This document shows positions 39,501-54,600 of a stretch of 64,000 bases of DNA, piece after piece. The notes under the pieces were generated by a model. It was given only the letters and a program-made list of their open reading frames with translations. It was not told where the DNA came from and searched no databases. Origin of the DNA: Botryllus schlosseri. Lineage: Eukaryota. A program made the translations under genes and the position numbers. The stretch covers positions 10,106,001 through 10,170,000 of the forward strand of contig CM119378.1 of NCBI GenBank assembly GCA_051294905.1, written 5' to 3'. Each line of letters starts with the position of its first letter. The stretch's first letter is position 1.

Positions 39501-42500
39501 TAAAATCGTTCGAATGGAATTGTAAGCTACATTACTCGTAATTTACTGGTACAGTGGTACTAACCGGTTACAGGACTATGAATCACGGCCAACTCAATTA
39601 CAAGGATCAATTTTACAATCGCTTTACCATTGTGAGACTCCTTTTTGGGCTGCGCAAGTCATCATAATAAAATCAACTGACAGCGAGGGTGAAGGTTTCC
39701 AGAGAGCTTATTTCAGGCCAACTCCATTGATATTCCGCCGGAAAAGGTTACTATTGTGAAAATTTGTGAAGTGTCTGTTGGGCAAACGATGCCCGAATAA
39801 ATAAATATGAATAGTATATAGACTAAATTTATAAATTATTGGTTTGAATGCGAAACGCAAGTTATTTTAAATCCGAAATCCACTAATCCAACCGATTTCC
39901 GGTATAACATTTTCTCGAATAAAACTGTCCAAATGGAGAGAAAATATACTTTGTACAATTAGGAAACTCCCATAGACAATTAGACATACAATCAAACGAC
40001 CCTACATCAGGAATAGTGGCAGTTTTATGACTTTGCCCTCTGTTCGGAAAGTTGGGTAAATGCAAACATTGCAAGGATTTGACATTATAAGTTCACCGCG
40101 ACAAAATCTTGAAGTTATAAATGTCACGTCTATATTCTTGGGTCGATTTATACATTCCCCCATTGAAACGTCCTCATGATTCGAAATTTGGTCAATGAAC
40201 GTTTGCTGAATTCGTAGTTTTCGATTCCGCTCAGGATATATATACTCGGAAATTGGAGGAAGGGTGTGGTGTCTTCAGTTATTAGCGATTCTTTGACTGC
40301 CTCTGTTTACAAATGACGATTGTATATGAAAAGCATTCACAGTATCCCCGCTGTATCAGATAGTTACGTTGTTGATGTTTACGTTAGGCTTAAGGTTCGA
40401 TAGAGTCGAATCGAGGTCAAGGCCGTTAGGTCACGAGATGAAATTCAGCGCAAACGATCTTAGCAAACGAAACTTTGCCGAAGAGTCTATTTACAAACAT
40501 ATCGCAATGAATAATACGAGAATCGCGTACGAGTTTGATGACGTGGTTTAGCGTTAATTGCGCATGAGTTGCATGCTGGTGCTCTTCTTTACATCTTGTG
40601 AAACTTGTGTCCTTATTGCTTTGTGTCAATGGCTGGATTGAGCCGACCGCGAAATGGTCTGAGTCATTACAAGAACATAAATTTCTCGTTCTCCTTGCAA
40701 AGCAACGTGACCTTACTTGATCCCACGCGACGGTCATGTTATTGATACTCTGATTTACAGGGTTACACTTATTGGCGAATTTTCATCTGGCAGAAGATAT
40801 ACATTTTCCTTCCACTTTCAGATCGTATTGTGGTTAGTGATCCGATGACCTGTTATTATACCTTCACCTGTCAGAATGGCCGTGGCTTCAATTTCTAGCG
40901 CTGTCATTGTGACCAAAACCCTTCCGTGCAAAATATCAGTCTCGGCCCTTCTTGCGGAGTATCAGTTACTGTAATTTGGAACCTGCCATGTATAGGAAAC
41001 TATACTTTCTTAACCGTATACCAATAAGCATCTTGCTATTACAAAATACCTCATCTCGAAATCTGTACGATGCCGGACACGCTCAATTAATGGCACGGCC
41101 CGCTTATCTGGATTTCAACGCGGTATGTTCCCAGAACGGTGTCACGATGGCTCCCACCTGCGTTAAGTTGAATTGGTAAATTTGTGCTGCCAACAATCCA
41201 CCCAAGCACTTCGCCAATAGAACATTATCACTCTTACGCTGATGGGGATAGGTTATTCTGCAGTGGCCAGTAGAGCAGTTTTTATGCCAATCCGAAGAGG
41301 ATAAATACTCACTTTTGTCTTCCAAAATTTGTTTAGTGGAAAGCAATTTGTTGTATGGATTTACCACTCCTAAAAATCATTGTTGGACATGTCTCCTTTA
41401 TCGACACCGTGCTAACGTGCATTTGCCATTACTTGAGTAGTAGAACTAGATCACTTACTTGTGTAATCAAAGTGGTTTTGGGTTAGTGAAGAATCTGCTG
41501 TGCCCACATAAAGCGGATTTTAAATATTTGATTCATAATTACCTATAGTGAGATACAATGCCGCGAATTAACATGACTTTTTTATGCGTACAGATGAAAT
41601 ACTTCTCAAACCGGAGAAAAGGCCTCTAAATTTGGCCGTGAATACGTATTGTCCGGGACACTATACGACGGGTAACGCCGATCAGTCGGACCAGATACGC
41701 GGACTCGAAAGGGGGAGACTTACGTCGAGTGATAGGAGGAAACTTTTTCACAAGTATGTCTTCGGTTTCATATATATCACGTGTGGTGTTATTTTGCATG
41801 ACTAGCGTTTCCACATAGAAAATTACGATGACTATAAAATGTAATTGCCGCGGTACCAGTTAAAATTGTTTTAGATACTAATTATATGGTTGCGGATTTA
41901 ATTTAACACCCGTTTTATAATCTTGTTGTACTTCAGTGCTGGTTTTATTGAGATCTGAATACTGCATATTTTCCCAGCGTGGAAAGCAGGGTGTTTTAAG
42001 CTGAAAATGCATTTAAAACGCAGATGTTTTGTGAAAAACACGTTTTATTTTATTAATATTTCTAGTTTTTAGTTATCCATGGCCACCTACATATGAATTA
42101 TAACATCTAAAATTTCAATATTCGGCTCATTTGTACGCGTGTGCTAGACATAGAATGTTCGATAGTTATACTAGAATCGTATTCAACAAATATATGCGGC
42201 GGGCTGAGCTATTACATTGAGAGTAGTAATAGATCGCATATCGCGTATCGTCTTCAATGTTGTCCATTAACAAGACATCGTGCGTCATTGCGTCATGACC
42301 GAATTTGCAAAATCAGGCATAATTCAAAATTTGCCAAAATGATCAATTCCCTGAGATCTCAGAGGCATCAGTAAGGTGGTGGGGTTAATTCCATACTCTG
42401 GTATCGCAATTCAGTGCAATTCGTAGGTTGGAGTCATACGGGGCAAATTATCGAATGTGACTATGGTTCCATCTGATGAGTGATGCCCAACCCATCGGGA

Positions 42501-43814
42501 AAAGATTTTCTCACAACAAGAGAGTGCGACATTTAACCAGCCGTTCAGATTTCACCGTCCAGTTTAATTTTACCACTGACATCGTCATGGCAACGACTAT
42601 GACTCGTCCCGTCCCCCTCAAAATAAAAATAAGATTGCTGTTCATCTGAAAATATGTGTGTGGCGTTGTTAATAAAATCACCCAGTGATGCTGCATTTAC
42701 TGACAGAGCCTGCGTGATGGAACCAGATCGCCTATTAGCGCTATTTCTCGTGCATGATCAAGGATCAATGATCGTTGATTGATCATGCGACATAGTCTTT
42801 CGAAAATACTTGAGGCCATTGTGACGTAATTACACGGTTTTGTCAAAAACACTCACTTAAGGGTTTATTTAAGCTTTGAAACATTGTTTAAATCATGTTT
42901 GAACAGGAGTGTTTGAAAATACAATTCGTTTTAAATACAACTATTTAGCTGCAACCCTCCATAGCATACTCATGTTGGACAGTTACGACCGTTGACATTC
43001 CGAATTCCAAGTTCCTCCACCTATGTAGTTAAATTTGTGTTGAGGAGGGTAAGTGATCCTAGACGACATAAACCAATTTAATCTTGACATAAACCATCGC
43101 CGCAATATTACTGGGTGCTCAATATCCAACCGGAGAGAAAGGCTTGGGAATTTTTTTTCTTTTAGGGCTTGTATAAAATAACCTTGCGATAGTAAATCAA
43201 GTACTGTTCTCTACTGCAAGGAAAAGGCTACACCGTATCGATGTCTTGTCGATAGAGGAACGTTATTGCACATGAGATGAAGTAATTGATGAAGATTATC
43301 TGTAATTGGCACTCACACAACCTGACGATGTTTAAATGCGGAGGGTCTGCGTATTTAAAATACCAGCATACCGTTTCGTTTCATTATTGTAGACTTCAGA
43401 TTCGGAAGATCTGTAATTTCGTTGTAATGATGTACCATAACACTGGGCGCCGCGAATTCACAATTCCCAAGTTTTCCGTGCAATTTTCTTCTGTAACAGA
43501 TGTCTTATATGAGACGCGTTCCTTATACTAATATATTACATCATTCGATCGATCTCATTGTCAAATATCAATCTTTGAAATAGGCATGATTACAGTAGCA
43601 ATGTAGTGCCTCTGCAATTTAGACGGGAAATGATTTCAATGATCAATTGGCATTAGATCTGTAACAACTAGGATAATTGGTTTTCTTTGCCTCTCGGCAA
43701 AGATATAGTTCTTGCGAGCTAATGTATGTCTTGATAAATATTTTCGCGGGCCGGAACACCAACCTATACGCGTGAGAACAGTTGGTTGGTCTATGCGAGT
43801 TATCGGCCGTTGAT

Positions 43815-43842
43815 CATTGACCATTGACCAATGACCATTGAC
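43815..43842. repeat. (CATTGAC)x4 tandem repeat
   Basis: Direct reading, one mismatch. Confidence 0.85.
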
Positions 43843-44792
43843 CAAGTTAATGTTCGGGTTTTTATTGGCAGCACAAAATCCACAGTGATTCGTGTTGATT
43901 TGTGATTGGATTTAGAAATCAAATATTAATAGCAATCCATTATGTAGATCTTACGAACTCCTGCAGTAGCCTTTACCCAGAGGTGGTCAATACTTACGTA
44001 CGGTACTCTAGTTATTTAGAGTATTCAAGTGGGTTTGCCTACTTGCACTGCTTATTCAGTGTGTGGTCATGTGTTTTTATTACTTTCACTTATACTTACC
44101 AGTTTTCAGGTAAAACTACCCGCTTTTTAACTTTTGATTCTGTTAACTAGAAAGTATTTTTGGGATACGTTTGCAATTTCCATCATGTTTACGAGTAAAA
44201 ATGACATAACGACTAGGTGTAGCCTGAATATGTTTTCGGAAATTGCACCAATTATTAGTAGCATTATAGTCATTTCCGTCCGTCGCGAAGATGCATCTGT
44301 AGTTTCGCTACTAAAAGCAGGCGACGTACCGAGCAAATCTACGTTTTGAAACTACGTAAACTGCTTTTGGAAAATGCTGTAGTTCGACTTGTAATAGAGT
44401 TAACATTCGCGGTAATAGTTTTACTTTTAATTGACTACCAAAGCTGACTACTTTGACCACCTCCGCCTGTCGTTACCTTATGCTTATGCTTCCATGCCTC
44501 TATATAACACTAAACATACTTCCAATAGGAATCCAAAGTATGTAACCCCCAACAGCAGAATCACGACGAGACACACGGGCACTATACGATTAACATCCAG
44601 AGAGCCGATATACATGAGAATAGTATAGATAACGGAAAATACGGTATAAATATACCAAAACGAAGTACACGAGGAAATGACATATAGGCACTAATTACTA
44701 GACCCATACCAATAAGAGCCAAAGTACGCCAACGTAAATGCACGAACATAACAGTAAACGCATCCACTTGTAGATTCAACATAGATGATGAC

Positions 44793-45650
44793 ATGATGTC
44801 AGCGTCGGATTTTGGAGGCACCAGAACGAGCCAGAGCAGCGCCAGCGAAAGCACCGGGCGGGCGGACAGCTTGGAAGGATCGCCCGTTCCGATTCCTAGC
44901 GACACCAGACGGAACAGATTGCGATCGTCAGCAAGCCAACCAAAATTGGTAGGAAATGGCGGGGATTACCATACGCGTTCGTCCGAAGTCAAAGACGTCC
45001 GACACCTGCAAAACGGAAAATCACTCAGCGACCTCAAGTCGCCGGGAGTATTCAGCGTCACCACTGTTTCCAGTCCGCGAAATCCGAGGAGAGACGCGAA
45101 GCAAGGCAAGAAATCTCAACCGTCCGGCCAGCAGCGACACGGCCGGGATCAGGGGGTGTCGGCGTCAGCACGGCGGTTATTCTCAAGTCTCCGGAAAACA
45201 GGGCGCGGGAGATCATCCTCGCGTGAGCGTAACGAAAAACATAGCCCGACCAAGTTCGGCCACGAACCGCTGCCGAACGACAACTTATCTTCCGATGCTA
45301 ATCTACCAGGAATATTGAAAATATTCGGAGATGCGGTAAGCCCAGGAGCGAAATACAAGAGCGTTTTGGCAACAAGGCAGTCAAAAGCCAGAGAACTCGT
45401 GAAAGCCGCTCTCGAACGGTACGCTATCAATCGCAGCATGGCGAGAAAGTTCGTGTTGTGCGAGGTCGTGGGCAGGATTCGAGAAGAGAGCGGCGAATCT
45501 GACGCCAAGGGTAGCGCAGGTGTCGACGCGACGTTCGTCGAAGACTATGTGCGGCCGTTAAACGACCACGAAAAACCACTCATTCTTCAATCCTATTGGA
45601 AGCCTTTAGAAGGTTACGCCAGGCGATTCGAGCTTCGGGACCGTTCTAAG
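44793..45650 (+). CDS. RADIL: RADIL exon 1: disordered N-terminus plus RA domain
   Basis: PGILKIFGDAVSPGAKYKSVLATRQSKARELVKAALERY...EKPLILQSYWKPLEGYARRFELR; donor aag|gtaaga; upstream acceptor cttgtag at 44773. Confidence 0.92.
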
Positions 45651-48600
45651 GTAAGATGGGGTTGTTTTCATGGTAAACTTCTTCGTGTGTTTCTCCGGCT
45701 CTACGGACTCCAGTTGAGTATCTCCATTCACCACAAATGATATTTGAAACATGAAAACTTGTGAGTTGTATGTGTAGTTGTTTCTAGGATTAGCTTGAAT
45801 GTATCACTGCACCAATACCTCTCTAATATATGGCCCGTTCAAACATCCGTTAACATTTCATGAACAAAGCGCGCGGTTTTGTTGGGATTACTGTGCCATT
45901 GATCTGGGTCTTCGCGATTGAGATGATATTTAATGCTTATATTATAATCCATCAATACGATGTTGACATGATTTATGAGTTGATGAAAGGTATGTCCAAT
46001 CCTGCAGCGCAGTCGCCCGCAGGCACGACGGAACACGGCTGATATACGGATTGGGAGTTGACAAAGGCCTGCTTACGCTTTATCATGATCTAAGAAGGTG
46101 TTCTGGTGACTGAGGTCACATAAATTACGGATATTAACGCCGCGCAAGACAATCGTTGCGGTTACGTTCATAACGCCAACGACCAGCAATTGGTGCCACG
46201 TTCCTAAGCAATGACTATATAGCGAGTCGCTCGCATTTAGGCATCAAAATACAACGATGCTGGGTGGTTCGGAAACCACTATGGTTTATGCAACAATCAA
46301 ATATCATATCACATTTGCTGAAGACTACCTCTACATTCGAAAATCCATAATATGAATACAAATTATACCTAATACGTACAATGTCCGAAATTTGATTTGA
46401 TTATTATCTGCGTGCAGTGCTATGGCAATTCGATGGTTATAAGATAGACTCATTTTGGATTTGTTATGAACACCGGGATCTGCTATTGAAATATTTACCA
46501 CGTATTGCTATTGTAGAATAACACTGACAGAGAGAGGTAATCAGCTGATCACGGTAGCTACTAAAGTTAGCGTTGCTTAGTGGCTGAGTTAGCGAATTTG
46601 GGCTAGCTTTCTTGGCAGAAATGTGCTTCGGCACGAGGATTTTGTGAGTTACTAGAACGCAAGGTCTTTATCATGACTATATAATTGTGAATTGTGTTCG
46701 TTTTGTTTGGAAAGTTTCGTCATTCATAATTCACCGGTCGTAGGTAGTCTATACTAAATACTTGATGTTATTAGTTATTACTTAATCTAATAGATAAAAT
46801 CTTAGTCCAAGTTTAAACTTTCCTTTGACAGAGTAACCTGATTACGCGTTTGTACAGTATTCGACAATCTCAGCGTACCAATATAGAGACAATGTACTGA
46901 TAACATTCCGCTTGTTTGTTCAAGTACTTACAATTGAAGTAATTCCAGTCTACATTGTACTCTACGTTTGTTGGGAGGGGCGCCTACTTTGTAAGTGACT
47001 ATGGGCGGACAAGCTTTGTAGTAGTCAAATGTATCTCAGCCTGTACGCGTTAGGAGCATTGTTTATTGTTGTGTACTTACAAGAAATCGATATCAAGCAG
47101 TTTCCGTAGATCAAATGGGATCGTGATGCTATTCGCGGCGTATTTTCTCCCAGAGCTGAAATTAATTTTCAGTTTGAAAATAAACCGGTCCAAAGTGCTA
47201 ATTGTCGGATAATTGGTTTCACTTTATCATTGGAATACCCTATATATATATATGCCACCCGCGAATAAGAAGCATTTGTCTGTCTATCTATGATTTACCA
47301 GCCATAGGTTTGTAAGAAGTCGGGTGTACAGATCTGCAATATGAAGTTGGAGCAAATTGATATTACAGTAATTATCGGCGATTTAGTTTGCACCGTATTG
47401 GCCAGATAGTATGATTTTAGGAATATGCAATTGTTGCTCAGGTTCTGGATCAAATCATCACGGAGAAAGATCGCGAAACCAAGGATGTTAACGCTCAAGC
47501 CAAGCGACTTATCATGAAAAATGTTCGGTAAATATCCCATCTTTCAATTGCATCTTTCGTTGCCGGTATGGCGGTATGCAAACCTGTGGTGAGCGGATAT
47601 TGCTTTCTGAGAATTCGAATCCGTCCGACAGCTCGAGTCTCTTAGGAACTATCCGTCCGAATCCGAACAATCTCAACCAAAAATCCATGCGAGTCCAAAT
47701 AATGCAGTCCAGAATCCGAATCGAATACCTTTTCCGAAGAATCCTGCTGTAGTTTTTAGATCGGGATTAGCTGATATATATTTGCTTGAAACCTTTGACA
47801 GAACCATTTTAGAGTTTGTTTGTTGGGGTATTCATGGTGTTTGTCGACTACAACGGTCATTTAAACCAGGCCGATTTACTGCATTCTTGATTCCGTGTCT
47901 GCCGATTTGTAGCACGGCCCACTTTTAGCCTTTTTGTGAGACACCGCTTACGCGGATGACCACTTTAGAGTGTCACCAGTTTTATCAGAACGTGTTTACT
48001 GTTGGTGTTTGGTTGTCAAGCTGACGATTTTTTCGTTTGGTATGAAATCAAGTCAAGTTTGGTCAGAACTATCCAATAATATCCGAAGCAGAAGTTGCAA
48101 CTATCCAAAAATGTCCGAAACAAAATTTGCAGTAGAATCCGAACCCATTCCCACTGTCTCAAAATTGCGTAAAATCCGGTCCGAATCCTATCCGAGTCCG
48201 TCCGATGCAAACGTTATAGAAACCGACACTAATGATTGTGTCGCTTTGCAGATGAGTGGCCCTATGTGGCCAATGTCATATTACCAGCTATCATATAGCG
48301 GGCCGGCCTGCGGGCCGTGGGTAATATAAATGTGGGTGCTGCAAGTATTGGCTTGGATAAGTCGATTTGCTCCAGTTATACTGCTGTCACTGCGCTTACT
48401 TGTATAGGGTTGCATTCAAAACAAAAATCGATTTAAAGCAAACATATTTAAAACATTTTTTACTGTTTTTTTTATGTTTTTTTCAAGGCCATGACGTCAC
48501 GGATATTTAATTGTGACGTCATAGTGGATTGACATTGACAATTGAAAATATAGGGTAAAAATAGCTACTTTGACGAATATATGTACTGTTGCTGTTGAAC

Positions 48601-51600
48601 CGACTATTTTGAGGGTTTCAACCACCCTATATCGGTATACGTCGGCTACATCAAGTGGTAATTGTCCGTAGCTCATAACATATGTTTTTTTCAAGTATTT
48701 ACACAATTATGGCATAAGTTTACAACTTGAAAAAAACACATTTAAAAAAAAAGCCTTTTTTAAAACACCGTTTGTTTTAAATGCAACCCTAAGTGTACAT
48801 CGATGGTGTTTGCTGTTATAGAAACATTGTCAACAATGAGCTGCACAGACAGTATGGCATTATCCAACGTTTTGATACAAACTACCATTATATCTCTTCG
48901 TGCTCTGCCGCCACACCGCGGAACACACCGTGACGTTTTGCGGTCTACGCAATATTAGGATCTCCACTGTCAAGAGTCAAGACTATATCCCTGATGTAGG
49001 CTGCACCCCGGGCAAGGTTATTGAATTTACCAAATATCAGAGTTTACGACCTCGCGGTACTTGGAACCAGTAACGGTACACAATCACAGACTGTCACCCT
49101 GTCGGTACAGTCCCGACATAGCGACTGTCGTTACATCTTCACAGCACAATAAAACCGTGATTGTCTTGTTATGGAAATGTTGATTGCCCAGGCTACATTT
49201 CTGATATATTAAATGACGGTGAAAGCCATATTGGGTTCACTAAATACCCCAGCTTACTGCCCGCAAGGCGCAGTATACGGTTACCGTAGTGTCATACGGC
49301 CGGATGTCGAATTTTGATATTCAACCTCGGATCCGGACACTTCTTTGGAAATAATGTGTATAAATACTAAATCTATGCTTCTCTACACACAGACTCTCCC
49401 GAACCCAATCGTCTCTCAACATCAAAACGTTGACACCCGATTCGGCGACCAGCGACGAGGACGAAGACAGCCACTACAATGAAACTGTCGAAAATACCAC
49501 AACCAGTGATACAAACCAGAGCAAACTCACACACGAACCGCCGCCTACTCCCCCGCAGTTTGCGGACGACGACAAAGCCGGAAACGGACGCTCGAAACGA
49601 GACATTCCTCTCCCATTCCTTCTCACTTTGCAAGGCGAAGACGGCATCCACAGGTGCTATATATATACACATACAGATATGGTTAGGGTATTATGATTTC
49701 TATTCAGTAGAAGTATAATTAATATCGTGAATTTCTACTAGATTGCAAGTAGAAGTAGTGATTCACGATCCATCTCAAAATTACTTCAAAAGGAAGTGGA
49801 AAATGAAAGGTCTAAGAAGTACTCAAGTAGAATATTTCCAAAAGTAGATTTGGTTGCGGGATCGTATACTTTAGCAGATAATCGTAAGTGGCCAATTATA
49901 ATACGGATCTTCGCGACTTATACATAAAGTGACCAATGACGCTACAAAATAGGTGCAACTTTGGAAAATACATTCAGTTATCGTGATACAAGGGGCTCTT
50001 TCGCCCAGTGTGCATGAGAATTTCACTCGTAAACATAGAAAATTTAATTCAGAATATGATATATAAAAATTATGTGTTAAGTATTCAGTCATACAGGGTC
50101 TATTTCTCGCGGCAAACAAATCCCAAAACTGCTTTTCTTCTTTTCAAATTCCCAACTGTAAAAAGTAAGCGGTTCTACCTAAAATAATGTACAGGAAGAA
50201 GTGGAAGTCGTGCAAATGCTCCGAAAAAGTAGTAGCGCTTCATTACCTACCACCTCGGTATAAAGAGAACAACGCGCATGTTTCAGCGAGACTCGATAAT
50301 ATTTTCGTGAGCGTTAACGCTAAACTTTTCAGCGGTCATTCCCCGGACCACGACGGGAATCTGGTCCACCACCTGGACACAAAAGTGACAGTGATAGGCC
50401 GCGACCAATCGACTTTACCACAGCCGAGCGGCGACAAGACCACCGGCTCTTCGAAAGACATCAACATCAAACTCGCTGGCGACGACATCAAAACCCACCA
50501 CTGCGTCGTGTACCGCGTGAAAGCCAACCAGAACGCTAACAGCTCGCAGCTCTCCCCGTGGAAAGTAACTCTGCATCTGGTGGGCGACGACTGCGCTGTC
50601 ACAGTTAACGGACATACTATAGCCTCAGACGAGGAACTCAGAAACGGCGACATCATCACGATTGGGACCAAGTATATTTTCATGTTCAAAGACCCCACGT
50701 CTAGAGACTCGCTGCATTCGCACATGCGACTGCCTGGAATAAACTCCGGCTCTAACCGACTCGGCAGTATCTCAAGCCACGGCAGCGCGTTTACGCCCGT
50801 CAAAAAGCGCTGCGTGGACATGGAGCTGAGCTACCGCCACGAGTACGCGGACAGCGTGGTGGACGTGATATTCGCGGCGGCTCATGACATCGCCGCTACC
50901 TCTTCATCCAAAACCCGCCCGGAAAACTGTGACCGCGAGCTGGCGCCAGCGAGGTTTCTAATACACTGTATCGAGCAGTCCTGCTTCAATTTCACGTATG
51001 AACAAAAGAAAAGTCTTTTATTTACGATCGCCAGCCACTTGCAAACCATACTGCTGGTAAGTGCGATTGCGTTTGACCTGAGGTGCCTTGTTCTAACGCG
51101 GACTTGTAACAACAGGACGCGACTGGAAGTGTTTCGATGCAAAACGACGCGAAGTAAGTTGTTGTTCTTTATTTATCATCTCGTCACTAGGAATAACCTA
51201 TATTCACCATGCGCGCCATCTGAAACAAGATTAAACCAATGTTGACCTCGAATGAGTGTTTTTGGCCCGAGTTTCGTTTCCTTATGAAAAGGAGAAGTTA
51301 AATCGGCTAGTGGCCTTTACTATGAAAATAAAATAACTTCAATTGAGAAGGCGAAACATATCCCGGCGAGTTGTCACTTGAAAGCCCTCATGCACGAGCT
51401 GCAATGATAGTCCGTCGAAAACGATCTGGATTCGGGACAGTTGTATGCTGACGCGATTGTTGCGTGTGTCAAGTGTTTACCGTTATTGTTTATCCTTTCT
51501 CGCTGTCCTTGCATTCTGTGCGAGAACTGAGTAACACTCGAGGGGGTCAGTAACGAAGTACCTTTACTTTTCGGAGTACGGAAGTAGCTTTTACCTATTT

Positions 51601-54600
51601 TCGGTACTTGCTAGGTGGTTATCTTTCCAGACTACTTACACTGCTACTAAAGTTCGGGCTTTGTAAAATGAACAGTATTCTTAGATTAGAATGCATATCA
51701 CTTTTGCGAATGAAATTACCATACCAAATACTCGAAGAGCCCCTGTGTCATGGTAACGAAATATCTTTTCGACAATCTGTCTGTAGTGCCATCAATCATT
51801 TTACATTGTAGCGAAGATGCAACCCCCTCGGATACACTACAAGTCTGCGGCACCTTGGCCAAATCTACATTTTGAAAACAACTGGTGTAATTTTCAGGAC
51901 GTTCTTTTTAACTTGTACTTGTAGAAGTTTTAACATGTCTTAGCAATCATGATTTCCGCTTAAATTTATGACACCGTTTCAACTTTTACTTGAGTAGCAA
52001 TGCTGCCTAATCTGACCAAATCCCGGCGTTAAATTAATGACTCCTATGTACTTGTACACCTGCAGAATCAAGAATCCACTAGAGGGAATCAATTATCTTC
52101 TGCCCAAGCTGGAAGGCGTCGTGTTCTGGATGTCCAACACGCTGGAAATCTTCAGTTATCTTCAGACTGACATTGTCGAGAGGATAAGCGCGAGAGTGGC
52201 GAAAGAGATGGAGCTGTGAGTGTATTTTACAATTTACTAGTCCAATATCGTATAATCTCGAGATCAGTGTGTGACGTGTGTGTTCTACCTGCTAAAATGC
52301 CACCAGCCGCTACCGCATGTTCCACTTTTCGATGTTGAGATAAATAGTTATTTTTCATCGCGGTGAAAATGCTATTGAAATTACCTCGACCACCAGCACT
52401 TGAGAATCGTAGACGAGACTTTAATTATCATAGGAACGAAGTGGATGTCAACCTGCTGAATGACGCATTGAGTTTCCGCGTCACCGATGATGTCCTCGCG
52501 ATTTTGGAGGAGATCGTGATGTATGCATTCCAGCAGCTGGTCTACTATCTCACCAAGGTGACACTTTATTTTATATGTTGGATCGGTCTGCGCATTTCAA
52601 CGCTTATCATGAAGTTTTTCACGACACGTTGCAAAGGTACATGACCCTTTGACCGCTTCGAAACGCAATTCGTATATCTCTTTACTACGGCGAAATAACA
52701 AGAATTGATACGGATAGATGTAATTTCGCAGTATATTTTGTGGTCAAACTACAGAGTCCGATCCTAATTTCTTGATAAAGATGACAGCGATGTACCCTGA
52801 AACTATAATGTGATTTTGTTGAAAAACTATTTGAAAAGTATCAAAGCTTGTATTTCTGTCTGAAAAGCCGTTGCATTGGAAGTGGCAGTAGTAGAAAAGT
52901 AAAAAAAATTCCAGTAATAAAAACAGTAAAAATTCTTACTCTCTCCACAGTTTACCCAGCGTTTTACGTAACACTGTATCCACACAAACCCTCTATGTCG
53001 AAGCATATATTTGAAATCCTTCCTCAACATCCACTTCGGGCATTGCAGTTTTCAGATATCTTCGAATATCTCCACCATGCGCATTTTTTTCAAGCCATGC
53101 ATCGCGAATGTGAAATGTCAGGATCGATTTTAGCATAAACATAAAAACATGATCAAATGTAACTTTTTCAGACTTTGTACGGGGCGCTTCCGAAAGTGTT
53201 AGATGCCAATCCGTTCGCAGAATCGAACGAAGACGAAGATTGCCAGACGCGGGGTATCGGACTTGTCACCGCTATCTATGACGCTGCTCTGGCTCTCACG
53301 AGAAAATACGGGGTTCACCCCGCAATCGAATCGCAACTGTTCGCCTACCTATTCTTCTTCACTAATGTATCGCTGTTCAACACTCTAATGGAGGGTGGTG
53401 AGTGTCTGTATAGGCCAATGTCGAAGGTATATAGAAATGTTCTCATTCGTGTCCCGTTCAGACGCAGTGAATAAATACTACCGATGGGACAAGGGCGTTC
53501 AAATTCGCGGGAACCTGGAAGAGATCGAATGTTGGGCGAACGATAACGGCTTCCTAGATCAAGCGATTACGTTCCTTGAGAAAATCTCCGCGCTGACAAA
53601 TTTACTGGCGACCACCAAAACTCAAATGCTTCAGGTATTCACCGCCTCCTTGTATGTTGCTACCCGATTAGTTTTCCGGTAAATTTGCGACTTTGTGGAA
53701 AACGCTCCCTGCCGCACCGAATTTGCTTCCGCCGAGTCATCGTCCATTTTTGTGTGGCATATGTAGGCCTACCTATCGCTGTTTTTTTCTTCCTTTTTGT
53801 TCATGAAATGGTGTGGCGGGGATCGTGCACTCTAAAATATCAACGATATCCACCAGTCTATACTTTATGATTGAAATAATGTCATCATCACTGTCTGGTA
53901 CGAAATTTCTTTTACGCACCCATGCCAATGGGTGATCTCTAGTCAAATACACCAATTTCACCGGGGTGCAGTGGATAAAGTTTACGTGCAATGTTCCCAC
54001 TACTTTTTCACGAGTCTGCGCGTACCCACCAACTCACTGCGCGGTCCCTTGGACAACAGTGCGTAACGACTAAAAAATGGTCAGCACTTCGGCTTTTATG
54101 TGTGCGGCTTAGATTTTCTGTGCGCAGAGTCCGTGTCAGCACTGCGCAATTGCGCACGCGCGCAGCTTAGTGGGAACATTGTTTACGTGTAACGACCCAA
54201 AAAAGCGCAAAAAGAACCCACCATACATCCTTGTGATATATCTAGATAAGTAGTGGTATATTTGATTCGTTTTCATCCATTGGAATGGGTGCAAAAGCAA
54301 AACTTGACACCAGAATGTGGCGATGGTTTGCTTTTCACCCTCATGCTATGGTGGAAATCTAAAAAATACATCAATTTCCATCTCTGTACTTTACAGGGTG
54401 ATCGCTACTTGTAAAATGCATTTTATTCTGGTAATTAATAGTAACGCACAATGCGTATCCCATCCCGAATGGAATGCGATTCTGGCACATGCTATAAGTA
54501 TTCTTCATGGCTCGGGGAAAATAATGTGAGGATGTCTGGTAGAATCGATTCGAAACCAGGAATACGTATAGTCTTTGCAGTAGACCGATTGGGGATTTAG

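Noticed and set aside
40700-41370. GC-richer stretch with several short ORFs
   Set aside because: Frames are interrupted by stops and no family was recognised; blastx would be needed.
49000-49016. 17-nt micro-exon candidate to fix the phase between RADIL exons 1 and 3
   Set aside because: Exon 47442-47527 fixes the phase and carries the NAQAxRL homology; this candidate has weak splice sites.
45149-50821. Minus-strand ORFs 45149-45508, 49373-49672, 50336-50821
   Set aside because: Antisense shadows of RADIL exons.
50187-51245. 352-aa ORF as a standalone gene
   Set aside because: It is RADIL exon 4 plus intronic read-through; both ends lie in MITE or intron sequence.
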